Assembly: GCA_964012805.1 (NCBI GenBank)
Contig: CAXGUD010000034.1
Coordinates: forward strand, 1-40,499
Source of the DNA: an uncultured Bacteriovoracaceae bacterium
GTDB lineage: Bacteria; Bdellovibrionota; Bacteriovoracia; Bacteriovoracales; Bacteriovoracaceae
DNA: 40,499 bases
Reading direction: 5' to 3'
Made by a program: the position numbers and the translations under genes
The notes under the pieces: generated by a model
Told to the model about the DNA's origin: nothing
Seen by the model: only the letters and a program-made list of their open reading frames with translations
The model's database searches: none
In this document: one piece after another, positions 16,898 through 26,597 of the stretch
How positions within the stretch are numbered: position 1 is the stretch's first letter
Layout of the letters: every line of letters begins with the position of its first letter

Positions 16898-17769
16898 AAG
16901 CTCTTTCCTTCTTCCTTCCAAGTTTCTATAAGACCAGCAATATGTCTAAATTGACCTTGAAGTTTATCAAACTCTTTCCCTTTAAACTCAAAAACTGACT
17001 TCTTTTCAGCTTGGCTTTTTACCAAAGAAGCTCTGTTATAAAAAGGGTCTACAACTTTAGGTACATCAAATTGTTCTTTGAGGTCACCTAAAATTTTCTC
17101 CAAATCTTGTCCTTCTTGCTTTCTCCTATAGTCTACCAAGTTTGGTATGTGGGCCAAAATTGTTGGTGTCTCGGCGATTCCCATATCTTCAATATTCTCG
17201 AGAACTCCATATAAATGGCCCAACCCTTTCCGAGAAAATTCATCAGGACGGAAAGGCACTAAAAGACCATCAGTAGCACATAAAATATTGACAACCAACA
17301 ATCCAAGTGTGGGTGGCCCATCAATAACAACATAGTCATAAAAATTGAGAATATTACTCTTTTCTAAAAAGCGCTTTAAAATCAACTGACGAGGTGAGGA
17401 AATTCCAGCAACAGAAAGCTCAAATCCAGATAACTCCTCTCCCGACGGGAGGAGGTCAATGGTTTCTCCTCTCACAACAATATCCGTAAAAACCGAAGGT
17501 GTATGGAGGGCCTTCAATTCTCTAATTGAATTTATGAGAAGGTGGAAAATATTGTTATCCTTCTCGAGAGAAACGCCACCAGAGCAGAGAAGACTTAAGT
17601 TCGCTTGAGGGTCCATATCAATGCATAAAACCCTTTTTTCACCTTGCTTGGCCAACGCATGAGCGATATTAAAAGCCATGGTCGTTTTTCCAACTCCACC
17701 CTTTTGATTAAGAAGAGAAATAACTTTGCCTTTTGGCTTTGATTTATCTTTATTAAAAAAAAGTCCCAT
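16894..17769 (-). CDS. orphan ParA/Soj family ATPase
   Basis: Deviant Walker A NQKGGVGKTT, DMDPQAN, YDYVVIDGPPTLG; no adjacent parB. Confidence 0.93.
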   Translation of the reverse strand: MGLFFNKDKSKPKGKVISLLNQKGGVGKTTMAFNIAHALAKQGEKRVLCIDMDPQANLSLLCSGGVSLEKDNNIFHLLINSIRELKALHTPSVFTDIVVRGETIDLLPSGEELSGFELSVAGISSPRQLILKRFLEKSNILNFYDYVVIDGPPTLGLLVVNILCATDGLLVPFRPDEFSRKGLGHLYGVLENIEDMGIAETPTILAHIPNLVDYRRKQEGQDLEKILGDLKEQFDVPKVVDPFYNRASLVKSQAEKKSVFEFKGKEFDKLQGQFRHIAGLIETWKEEGKSL

Positions 17770-18036
17770 ACAATCATCCCTGTTGTTTTTGACTCAGTTT
17801 AGATTTTCGCCATACTAGCACATATGTTTCTTTTTTATAAGATTTAAACTCGATTATATTAATGCCCCTAAAGATTGGACAAAAAAAGAATATTTTTGAA
17901 GAAACAAAAGTTAAGTACATTGGAGTCGGTACTTAAATCGTTTTTTAAGGAGAAAAGTTTAATCACTTACCGATACAAACGACTGCTAATTTTGTAGAAT
18001 TTAAACTCATATTAATCGTCCCATTTAGGATAGATA

Positions 18037-18915
18037 ATGAAACCTTTCTTTCTTCTCTTACTTACAATATTTTTCCTTATTCCTCATACTCAAGCAGATG
18101 AAATGGTAAGGGTCCAGACTATTTCAAAAGACCGCCTTAATTTTGTTGTAGGTCTAGGGAAAGGAGACGGTATTATGGTTGGGCAACAGTCCTTATTCTC
18201 AACAAGAAAAATCTCCCTTTCAGCAAGAGCAATTGAAGTTAGCAGATATTTTTCACTTTGGGAGCTTTCAGAAAAAGATAGCGTTGTCCCTTTTAAAAAG
18301 GGTCAAACCATTAGCTATAGTAAAAGGGTTAACTCTATTTTTCTTGAAATTCCTAGACTCTATAAACTCCAAGATGACTCATTCCACAAAGAAAAAAACT
18401 ACTGGTTAGGAAAATGGAATTATTCGCTAAGTCTTTCTGAGTCAGTTTCAGGGGCCAATTCAAATGATCAGTTACTAAGAACGGGAACACACTTTGAAAT
18501 TAATTATTTAAAAGATTGGACCACAAAGTTAGACTGGAGCTTCGGTGCCCGTTACGACCAGGAAGTTTCAAGAAGGCAAAACCCTGGGCTCGAAGTCCCC
18601 AACACTAAGTTTTTCGTCATTGGAGATCTCTATTATCACTTTTCCAGGGTTGGAGAATCTAAAGTTAACCCTTACCTGGGCTTGGGTGTTGGCATAGGAT
18701 ACTCAATCACTTCCATTAGCAGCAACATATCCAAAGGGTACGCAATGATTCTTCCTTCTATAAAGGGAGGCTTTCAAACAGAATTCGCTGAAAATAAATT
18801 CCTTCTCGCTGAGGCGACAATCGAATCCGTCAGCTCAACAGAGACTTTTCCTTCAGGGGTAGAGCAAAAAACGAGCACCCTTAATGCCAAAGCATCTCTT
18901 GGGTATAAGTTTTAA
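18037..18915 (+). CDS. outer-membrane beta-barrel protein with an N-terminal soluble domain
   Basis: Signal peptide, alternating strands (VNPYLGLGVGIGY), C-terminal LGYKF. Confidence 0.75.
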   Translation: MKPFFLLLLTIFFLIPHTQADEMVRVQTISKDRLNFVVGLGKGDGIMVGQQSLFSTRKISLSARAIEVSRYFSLWELSEKDSVVPFKKGQTISYSKRVNSIFLEIPRLYKLQDDSFHKEKNYWLGKWNYSLSLSESVSGANSNDQLLRTGTHFEINYLKDWTTKLDWSFGARYDQEVSRRQNPGLEVPNTKFFVIGDLYYHFSRVGESKVNPYLGLGVGIGYSITSISSNISKGYAMILPSIKGGFQTEFAENKFLLAEATIESVSSTETFPSGVEQKTSTLNAKASLGYKF

Positions 18916-18927
18916 AAAGAAATGGTC

Positions 18928-19917
18928 TTACTTTAATAGCCCAATTTCTTTCAACCTTTGGAGAAGAAAGTCATTGGCCAAAATATCTGGGTATTTGGCA
19001 CCTTTTCCAACGCAGGAAGGAAGGCATTTTAAGACTGCTTCAGGGTTTGGGTGGACGAAAAAGGGCATAGAAAACCGAGAAGAGTTTTCAGAGTCAGGGT
19101 TTACAACTCTGTGAGTTGTAGCTGGGATCACATCATTGGTTAATCGAGAGAGCATATCACCTGAATCTACGACAATTTGATTAGAAGTACTTTCAACTGA
19201 TAACCAGGTTCCATCCCTATCTTTTAACTGAAGGCCTGAGTCAGTAGCACCAACAAGCATAGTAATAAGGTTAATATCCTCATGTGCAGCAGCTCTAATC
19301 GAGTTTGTTGTATCATTACCATGCAGAGGTGGGTAATGGATGGCCCGAAGGATCGAATTACCATCTTGAATCATTTTACTAAAAACACCCGGCTCTAGGT
19401 CTAGAGCAATACCAAGAGCTTCCAAAAGTGATTTGCTTATTTCATCCAAAGTTTTATAAAGGTCTAGCATAACGGGCTTAAAGTCCTTTATCTCCGCGGG
19501 CCAAAGATTGGCATCATAAACTTTTTGATAAGGATGACTATCCGAAAGCTCTCTTCCAACATGCCAAAACTCTTTTAGGTCAGGGTATTTGCTATCTTTG
19601 GCATGCTCTTTCAAAAAAGGAGTATAACCTCTTTGCCCACCATTTAAGGCAGCGTATTTTTCTTTCTCAGAAATTGGTAAAGAAAAGAATTCCACAACTT
19701 GCTTATAGGAGTCCTGAATCTGTTTTTCTTTTAGGGGGTGGTTATTCAGTATTATGAAACCGTAATCGACAAGACCTTCATACAAGCTTTCAACAAAGGA
19801 GGTTTTTTGAGAAGGACTTCCCTCTAGAAAAGATCTGAAATCTAACTCAGGAACCTTTCTCAATTTTAGGTTATCACTATTAAGCGGAGACTCTTGCATA
19901 CGAGAGTTAACAGACAT
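18928..19917 (-). CDS. 2-oxoglutarate/Fe(II) oxygenase, isopenicillin N synthase family
   Basis: DIOX_N-like (YGFIIL...RGY...DLKEFW), HxD (HEDINLIT), distal H (THRVV), RFS; RBS before ATG 19917. Confidence 0.93.
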   Translation of the reverse strand: MSVNSRMQESPLNSDNLKLRKVPELDFRSFLEGSPSQKTSFVESLYEGLVDYGFIILNNHPLKEKQIQDSYKQVVEFFSLPISEKEKYAALNGGQRGYTPFLKEHAKDSKYPDLKEFWHVGRELSDSHPYQKVYDANLWPAEIKDFKPVMLDLYKTLDEISKSLLEALGIALDLEPGVFSKMIQDGNSILRAIHYPPLHGNDTTNSIRAAAHEDINLITMLVGATDSGLQLKDRDGTWLSVESTSNQIVVDSGDMLSRLTNDVIPATTHRVVNPDSENSSRFSMPFFVHPNPEAVLKCLPSCVGKGAKYPDILANDFLLQRLKEIGLLK

Positions 19918-20077
19918 TAATCCTTCCTTATTAATTGAAAACCTTGGCTTATCTCCCACACCTAGACAAGATAAGTCAAGATTTTTTCCAAGAAGTATAA
20001 TTCATTTCCCAATGCAAGCTTTATTCTATATAAAAAGGAATAAAAACAAAGAATTAAACTGCTTCTTGGAGATGCTT

Positions 20078-20770
20078 ATGCCCTTCCCATGGGCCCTGAT
20101 TTTCGCTACTTTGATCTCGTTGTCCTTTCAACTTGAGGCCTCTGATCAATTTTTTCAATCCAAAGGATCCTGGGTTCCAATCTCTGAAAAAGAGGGAATT
20201 AAAGTCTTTAAAATGGAACTTAGCAATAGCCCCCTCTTGGCCTTGAAGGCCCGTGGAACAATAAAAGCTTCCATAGAATCTCTCCTTTATATATTCAGGG
20301 ATGTCAAAGGGTCTCTTGAATGGGCACCGCGTCTAGAGAAACGAAAAATATTAAAGAACATTTCTGAGAGTGAAGCCATTGTTTATGAAGTGAGAAAGCT
20401 CCCTTGGCCTTGTCAAAGGAGGGACCTTATCCTCCACAATAAACTTCACTTTGATAAAAGCAAAAAGGCCCTTGTCCTTGTCACAAAGTCTCTTACGAAT
20501 TACCCCCATGACCCTAAGCCAGAAGATATGGTGAGGGCCCATCTGTCCCACAGTGCCGTAACAATGAAACCTATAAACGATAAAGAAACAGATGTTGAGG
20601 TGACCATCCATGTAGACCCTCGGGGTCAAATTCCCTCCTGGATAGTCAACTTGATCCAAAAAAACTGGCCATACCGCTTTATAAAGGGAATGGAGACAAG
20701 GAGCTTCTCAATTACACCGATCTTAGGACCAGAGCTTCTCAATTTTGCTTCCTTAGCTAAACCTAACTAA
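20078..20770 (+). CDS. START-domain (lipid-binding) exported protein
   Basis: W..ISEKEGIKVF, EWAP, LPWPCQRRD, VDPRGQIPSWIVN; signal peptide from ATG 20078 with GGAG RBS. Confidence 0.88.
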   Translation: MPFPWALIFATLISLSFQLEASDQFFQSKGSWVPISEKEGIKVFKMELSNSPLLALKARGTIKASIESLLYIFRDVKGSLEWAPRLEKRKILKNISESEAIVYEVRKLPWPCQRRDLILHNKLHFDKSKKALVLVTKSLTNYPHDPKPEDMVRAHLSHSAVTMKPINDKETDVEVTIHVDPRGQIPSWIVNLIQKNWPYRFIKGMETRSFSITPILGPELLNFASLAKPN

Positions 20771-22119
20771 CGGTTAAAGGCCCTCTTTAAGGCTTCATGA
20801 GGTTTTTTAAAATTTCCTGAGGAATAGTTTTTATCTAAATCACCATGAATACTTTCCAAAAGCTCATGGGTGATCGGCTCCGTTAATAGCCTGTGGGCAA
20901 ACTCGTGGGATAGGATAAATATACAGCTTAAAGTTCCTATTTTACTTTTATTCAGACCTCTTGGAAATCCATCGCCATTAGGCCTCTCGTGATGCTCCCA
21001 AATAATATTACGAACATCTGGTGATAATTCTCCCAACCCCTCTACAACCTCACACGACTTTAGTGGATGAGAAAGAACCAGTTGCTTTTCTTCTGGTTTT
21101 AGCTGTTCAAAAGCCTTATCCGTTTTTTTACAAATTTTTGCAAGGTCATTGCTTTTAAGACTCACATCCTGCATTAGGGAGGCGTAGGATAACTTTTTAT
21201 ACGTTTCAGTCGTCGCCCACTCAGTCTCATTTGCGATAGCAGTGCTTATATAACATGTTAAGAGGCTAAGCTCATAAATATAGTTATCCTTCTTGAGAAT
21301 CGTCTTGAGTATAGAGGAAATTTTCTTATTTGACTTTATTGTGTTTAAGGTTGACTCGACAACACCGTGAGCTAGCTCAATTGCCCTCTCACCCATGCCC
21401 ACGTAACGAAGACCTTCATGGATACTTTCTACTGAATCCATTTGAAGTTTAACTTTTTCAGTTTCATCGCCATCTCTGGTAGCGAGTTTTTCCATGACTT
21501 CAGACATCGCTGAATCCATGAAAGATTCATATTCATTTTCCTCAATGTAAAGGTACTTCACACCTTTAACAACAATGTTATAAATAAGCTCTTCAGAGAT
21601 TTCATCGTCTTTATTTACAACTTTTAACATCTTGTTATCACCAATTTTTAAATGGGCGCCAACAAAACATTTATTAAAAGTTAAAAACCTATCGATGGAA
21701 ATTCTTTTGTAACCATCAATAACCTTTATTAGCTCCTTATTCATAACAAGCTTCATTTTTTCTAATAATTCTTCTTTTTTGAATGGCTTAGAAACAAGAG
21801 GAGAAAAATCGCCACTAAAAAGTCCACTTAACTCGGGAAGCTTTTCCACAACATCCTGATTTTCACCACAGACTAGTAGAAAAGGGATATCTGGTCGATT
21901 CTCCTTAAGCCACTGATAAAGTTGCCCGCCGTCTCCACCCGGCATATAATAATCTGAAATGACAATATCTATTTCAGGATTCTCTTTTACAGCTTCAATA
22001 CCATCTACGGAAGAGGAGCCTAAGATAGTTTCATTATCAAACTCAGACTCAATATACATCGCCATTATTTCAAGGTTGCTCTCATTATCGTCTACAATGA
22101 GAATTTTTCCTTCGCTCAT
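20767..22119 (-). CDS. response regulator receiver + degenerate HD-GYP domain
   Basis: KILIVDD, ISDYYMPGGDG, SKPF; HHERPNGDGFPRGL, but the HD position reads QD. Confidence 0.88.
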   Translation of the reverse strand: MSEGKILIVDDNESNLEIMAMYIESEFDNETILGSSSVDGIEAVKENPEIDIVISDYYMPGGDGGQLYQWLKENRPDIPFLLVCGENQDVVEKLPELSGLFSGDFSPLVSKPFKKEELLEKMKLVMNKELIKVIDGYKRISIDRFLTFNKCFVGAHLKIGDNKMLKVVNKDDEISEELIYNIVVKGVKYLYIEENEYESFMDSAMSEVMEKLATRDGDETEKVKLQMDSVESIHEGLRYVGMGERAIELAHGVVESTLNTIKSNKKISSILKTILKKDNYIYELSLLTCYISTAIANETEWATTETYKKLSYASLMQDVSLKSNDLAKICKKTDKAFEQLKPEEKQLVLSHPLKSCEVVEGLGELSPDVRNIIWEHHERPNGDGFPRGLNKSKIGTLSCIFILSHEFAHRLLTEPITHELLESIHGDLDKNYSSGNFKKPHEALKRAFNR

Positions 22120-22284
22120 AAAAGCTCACCCTTTGAGATATGCTGCTTATGCTTTAAATTCAACATTATTAAAGGAGAAGTGATTACTTGGAAAAAAACT
22201 AGGTAAGCACCACTCCCTTTGGTATCAAATAATCATAACACTATTTGGATAAAGGGCCTAAGATTGAATTTTATTCCCAAACAC

Positions 22285-22752
22285 TTAAAGCTCTATATCT
22301 CCGGAAGTTCCTGACTCTTCCGAATGAATATCAACCAAAGCATCTGCATCAACTTTACCCATATTGAGGACATTAAAAAGAATTAATTTTTCAGCAGCGA
22401 TTCTTTGAGTAAAATACTTGTAAACTGGTTTTAATTCTTTAGTACAAAAACGATCTTCAAAATCTCGTAAGAGTTTTTTTCTTATCCAAAAGTAATCCAC
22501 TCCATCTTCAACAGTTCTTCTAAATTTAAGCCTTACACCCTCTGCAAGACAATCATTACCACCAACAAGAACCCTTGCTCTAAATTTATAAAGAGACTTT
22601 CTCGGGGATCTTGATTTAGACTTCTCAATATCAAGAATTTCCAACACGCCTCTTTCCTCAGCATAACTTCCATCTATTGGACCAATATAGGAAGCTTGCG
22701 AAGGTCCATTTAGACCTAAACAAAAAACAAGCAAGACCATTAGCTTTTTCAT
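22285..22752 (-). CDS. hypothetical secreted protein
   Basis: MKK signal peptide ending SQA, GGAG RBS, a Cys pair in the mature part. Confidence 0.75.
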   Translation of the reverse strand: MKKLMVLLVFCLGLNGPSQASYIGPIDGSYAEERGVLEILDIEKSKSRSPRKSLYKFRARVLVGGNDCLAEGVRLKFRRTVEDGVDYFWIRKKLLRDFEDRFCTKELKPVYKYFTQRIAAEKLILFNVLNMGKVDADALVDIHSEESGTSGDIEL

Positions 22753-23040
22753 GTTAAGACTCCAACTAAAAAATTTATTAATATTTATTTTTATTCAATT
22801 AAAACTTATTTTTTCCTCTTACAAAATAACCTATTTCCCATCCTGATGGAAAGTATTAGGACAAGATGACTATTCACGAACACTTTAATAAGCACAAATA
22901 CGAAAAAGTCACTCCTGTTAAGGGACTTATCAATCCCTTTTTAAACCCTAAAAAAAAATGTCAATTGAGGAATTCTTAATATGTCAAAAACACACCTCTA
23001 GCATAAACACAGAGTGTTTTCTTGTCTGGTAGGCGCAATT

Positions 23041-23064
23041 ATTTCCCCCAAGGTTGGGGGAAAT
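23041..23064. terminator. intrinsic terminator of the adenylate cyclase gene
   Basis: ATTTCCCCCA-aggt-TGGGGGAAAT directly after the stop. Confidence 0.65.
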
Positions 23065-23069
23065 TTTTT

Positions 23070-25337
23070 CTACTTTGAAGTCAAAGTGAAGACTCCATCC
23101 CAATCTTCTGGAGGAGGGTTTTCCTTAAACTGATTGCAACGGTCTATATAGATCAAAGAAGGGTTAGTTTTCTTACCTTCAAGGTCAGGAAACCTCTTAT
23201 TCTCATACTCTAAGGACTTATTAAATCCCTCAATGGCCTCATCCCATTTTTGATTTCTATAGAGATCTAAAGCTTCATGGAATAAGCTCTGAAGAGTTAA
23301 AAGGTCCTCTTCCGTCTTACCGACTTCACCTAAAAGGTCATAAGTTGTGACAGGTTCTTTTTTACCTACAACTCTCATCGTGTCCAGTTCTCTCATTACA
23401 AACTTATCTTCTAACATATCCTTGGTGAACATAGAAACTTGAGTAAAAATACCATACTGCTTAGCTGCTTCTTCCAAACGAGCAGCTAAGTTCACGCTAT
23501 CACCCATCATGGTGTAGTTCATTCTCATGGCCGAACCCATATTACCCGTAACAATTTCACCGGAGTTAATACCTATTCTCATCCTCATATCATGGACAAT
23601 TTGTGGCCACTTATCTCCTTCAGAAACCCATTTTTTTCGAAGATCAAGAAGTGCATTTTGCATACCAAGAGCAACTCTACAAGATCTAACAGCATGATCT
23701 TCTAGAGGCATGGGAGCACCAAAGAAAGCAATAATAGCATCACCTTCATACTTATCTAAAGTTCCACCCTCTTCCAATAAAATATCAGTCATGGCAGAGA
23801 GGTACTCATTTAAAAGCTCAACGAGCTCAGTAGCGGAAAGCTTTTCAGAGAAAGAAGAAAAACCTTGAATATCTGTGAAATAAGCCGTGATTATTCCGCA
23901 ATCTCCCCCAAGTTTTGGAGGCTCACCACTTTCATACATCTGGTCAATGAGCTCCGGAGAAATATAGTTCCCAAAAGCATTTTTGAGAAAGGCCTTATCT
24001 TTGGCCCCTATATAATAATTTAGTAATGTGTTCCATGAGTATGTACCCACGACGGCCAGTAGACAGAAAAACAGTGAGAGGGTGTAGCCTCGAGGTATCA
24101 AATGGTAGATATCCACATAAATTATAGAAAACCCAAATACAACGACAAATATCGCATCGGCGATGGCGTTTTCAAACTGCTGAATACCTATCATTAGAAA
24201 GGTTCCCAATATAAGAATCAGCCATGAAATATAAAGAGACTTTTCTTCTGGCTTAAAAAACCTATTTTGCAAAAGCATACTCGTTACACTCATGTGGGTA
24301 TAAACCCCAGGCAAAGCCGCATCGATGGGCGTATGCCTTAAGTCGTGTGCCCCAGTAGCTGTACTTCCAATAAAGACAATTTTTCCTTCAAGTTTCTCTT
24401 TGATTTTTGGATCTTTGCCATCAGAAGCCAACAAATCTTTAATGGATACATAACCATATGATTTTTGCGAACCGGCCCATCGAATACCCGAGGCTCCAGT
24501 AATCCCCAACTCCATAATTCCCTTTTTAGTTTTTAAAATGGCCGCTCCATTAGAGTCAATCTCCAAATCTGCACTCTCTCCTGTTAAGTATTGAAAGGCA
24601 CTTACACCAATGGAAGGCATATAGATTCCATCTCCGACATTGACTGATACGAGGTTTGTTCTAAAAACACCATCAGGGTCTGGATAAGCTGTAATATGAG
24701 CAAGTCCTGGTTCTGCTTTAAGAATATCTGGTACCGGAAACATGGTTTTAGCCACTCTCCATTCAGTAAGATTTACATCTTGCTTGGCCTGCTTTGTATT
24801 TAAAACAAAATTGTAGAGCTCACCAGGAAGCTCTTTGTAAGAAATATCATCATCACTTGAAGCTAAAGTTGTTAAGTAATAAGGAATAATAACTTTATTG
24901 CCTGGTACTGATTGGAAGTCCGCTATGGCCTGGGCCATATAAAGGTCAGGGGAAGGCTGTCCTTCTTTTCTCGAAAGCTCTGGTTCTGAAAAAATAACGT
25001 CAAATGCAATGACTTTTGCACCATAGGTTTTTAGCTTATTTATAACATCATACCAAACCATACGGGACCAGGGCCACCTACCAACAGACTTTAGAGATTG
25101 TTCATCAATAGAGAGGAGGACAGTTTTATCATCTTTTGCGTTCTCATCCAGAGTCTGCATCATTCTTGAATCATAAAACTTTTGTTCAATACTCCCTGGA
25201 AGAGAAATCATGCCGGTCCAGTTACCCTCCCGGTCCATAAGGTTCAAATAGTTTTCAAACTGCTGAATCCCGACGCCACCGACGGCCAGAAAAACGATCA
25301 GAGATATGCCAATCCACCTTATAAACTTTGTAACCAT
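23070..25337 (-). CDS. CHASE2-domain class III adenylate cyclase with a C-terminal TPR-like tail
   Basis: IDEQSL..VGRWPWSR, FDVIFSEP, DPDG, GKIVFIG, PGVYTH, 3 TM, FTDIQGFS, DKYEGDAI, NYTMMGDSVNLAARLE (K/T = ATP-specific class IIIb), PPEDWDGV. Confidence 0.95.
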   Translation of the reverse strand: MVTKFIRWIGISLIVFLAVGGVGIQQFENYLNLMDREGNWTGMISLPGSIEQKFYDSRMMQTLDENAKDDKTVLLSIDEQSLKSVGRWPWSRMVWYDVINKLKTYGAKVIAFDVIFSEPELSRKEGQPSPDLYMAQAIADFQSVPGNKVIIPYYLTTLASSDDDISYKELPGELYNFVLNTKQAKQDVNLTEWRVAKTMFPVPDILKAEPGLAHITAYPDPDGVFRTNLVSVNVGDGIYMPSIGVSAFQYLTGESADLEIDSNGAAILKTKKGIMELGITGASGIRWAGSQKSYGYVSIKDLLASDGKDPKIKEKLEGKIVFIGSTATGAHDLRHTPIDAALPGVYTHMSVTSMLLQNRFFKPEEKSLYISWLILILGTFLMIGIQQFENAIADAIFVVVFGFSIIYVDIYHLIPRGYTLSLFFCLLAVVGTYSWNTLLNYYIGAKDKAFLKNAFGNYISPELIDQMYESGEPPKLGGDCGIITAYFTDIQGFSSFSEKLSATELVELLNEYLSAMTDILLEEGGTLDKYEGDAIIAFFGAPMPLEDHAVRSCRVALGMQNALLDLRKKWVSEGDKWPQIVHDMRMRIGINSGEIVTGNMGSAMRMNYTMMGDSVNLAARLEEAAKQYGIFTQVSMFTKDMLEDKFVMRELDTMRVVGKKEPVTTYDLLGEVGKTEEDLLTLQSLFHEALDLYRNQKWDEAIEGFNKSLEYENKRFPDLEGKKTNPSLIYIDRCNQFKENPPPEDWDGVFTLTSK

Positions 25338-25371
25338 AATATGATCCTTTAATTAATTTCAACCTAAGCAT

Positions 25372-25399
25372 TTATCGGGTAATTAACCAGAAAGGTTGA
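25372..25399 (-). promoter_or_regulatory. sigma28-like promoter for the cyclase gene
   Basis: Minus strand TCAAC-N16-CCGATAA, enclosed by an 11-bp inverted repeat. Confidence 0.45.
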
Positions 25400-25457
25400 A
25401 ATTTCATATCAACTAAAAGAATATTTATTGTGGATATTTTAGATGCTTTGAAAAAAG

Positions 25458-26177
25458 CTAAGAAGAAAAGAGAGCACTACCTACCCTTACAAAGTCACTC
25501 CCATGGGCCAAAGCAATTTTATAGTCCTTACTCATACCCATAGACAACTTAATTTCTTTAAAAGAAAAATCGTTGAGTACGGAATCACGAAGGTTGGCCA
25601 AACTTTGAAAAGAACTGGCTGCATCTTGTTCAAAGTTATCAGTTCTAACCTTACCCATAGTCATAAAGCCAAGAAAGCTTAGAGGTCCTTTTTGATTTTC
25701 TCTCTCTTTAATAAAACGTAAGGCCTTGTAAACTTCATCTTTAGAGTTAAACCCTGACTTTTCTTCCTCATCAGAAGTCTTTACCTGAAGAAAAAATAAA
25801 AGGTCCTTGCCCTTCAATGCTTGGGTTGCTTTTTCATAAAGCTTCTCCAGTAGCCTTAGAGAGTCAATAGAATGAACTGAATATAGATTTTTGATTTTAA
25901 GCAGTTGATTTAACTTATTTGACTGAAGGTTCCCAATAAAGTGCCACCGCACATCATGAAAGCCCTTTTCATAAAACGCCTGCGCCTTGGTCTCTAAATC
26001 TTTAACTCGATTTTCACCAAAGTCCCTATGTCCAATTTCGTAGGCCAAGAAAAGATCTTTCAAAGGAGAATACTTTGTGACAGCAACAAGTTCTGCCTTT
26101 CCAAGATCATTTTTAACCTTCTCAAAATTATGGGTCAAAGACTTTAATCGATTTTCAGAATTTTCAATGTTCATCAT
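25458..26177 (-). CDS. yggS: PLP homeostasis protein YggS/PROSC
   Basis: LVAVTK, DFGENR, WHFIGNLQSNK, LSMGMSKDY, VRVGSALF. Confidence 0.95.
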   Translation of the reverse strand: MMNIENSENRLKSLTHNFEKVKNDLGKAELVAVTKYSPLKDLFLAYEIGHRDFGENRVKDLETKAQAFYEKGFHDVRWHFIGNLQSNKLNQLLKIKNLYSVHSIDSLRLLEKLYEKATQALKGKDLLFFLQVKTSDEEEKSGFNSKDEVYKALRFIKERENQKGPLSFLGFMTMGKVRTDNFEQDAASSFQSLANLRDSVLNDFSFKEIKLSMGMSKDYKIALAHGSDFVRVGSALFSS

Positions 26178-26185
26178 TTTGGCTT

Positions 26186-26548
26186 TTAGGGTTCCTTCGA
26201 AGAGTCTGCATTTTTTTGACTTTCCTTAGTGTCTTTAGGTTTAAAAGAAAATGTCGCCTTTACTTCTACATCATACTTTTCCAAAAGTTCATCTAAAAAT
26301 TTACGACCATCGACTTTTTCAAACTTTTTGCTTAATTCTTCACGAATCATTTCTAAAAAGTCTGCCTTAGCAGACCGGGCATTTTTCTGAATTCCGGAAA
26401 CAATGTCCTTTGGAAGCTGAAACTCCGAAAGGAAACTCTTAATGGCGTCTTCTGTCATAAAAGCTGCTCCAACACCAATAGAAACAACCCTCTTTATTGC
26501 TTCAGAAAAACCTGAATCCTTGTCTCCTTTTTCCTTCTTTTGAGTCAC
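26186..26548 (-). CDS. hypothetical helical protein
   Basis: GGAGG RBS before GTG; 120 aa, in operon spacing with glpX-like and yggS. Confidence 0.75.
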   Translation of the reverse strand: MTQKKEKGDKDSGFSEAIKRVVSIGVGAAFMTEDAIKSFLSEFQLPKDIVSGIQKNARSAKADFLEMIREELSKKFEKVDGRKFLDELLEKYDVEVKATFSFKPKDTKESQKNADSSKEP

Positions 26549-26597
26549 TTTTAAATCCTCCCAAAATGAAAAAATAATTAAAGAAATGTTCCCTTAA

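Noticed and set aside
16894..17769. Plasmid or prophage partition locus
   Set aside because: Flanked by core chromosomal genes; no parB, rep or phage genes
18928..20770. Secondary-metabolite cluster around the IPNS-family oxygenase
   Set aside because: No NRPS/PKS or tailoring neighbours; stand-alone members of this family are common
22866..22979. 37-codon plus-strand sORF (MTIHEHFNKHKYEK...) with upstream AGGA
   Set aside because: Too short and no recognisable motif; cannot be supported without conservation or ribosome profiling
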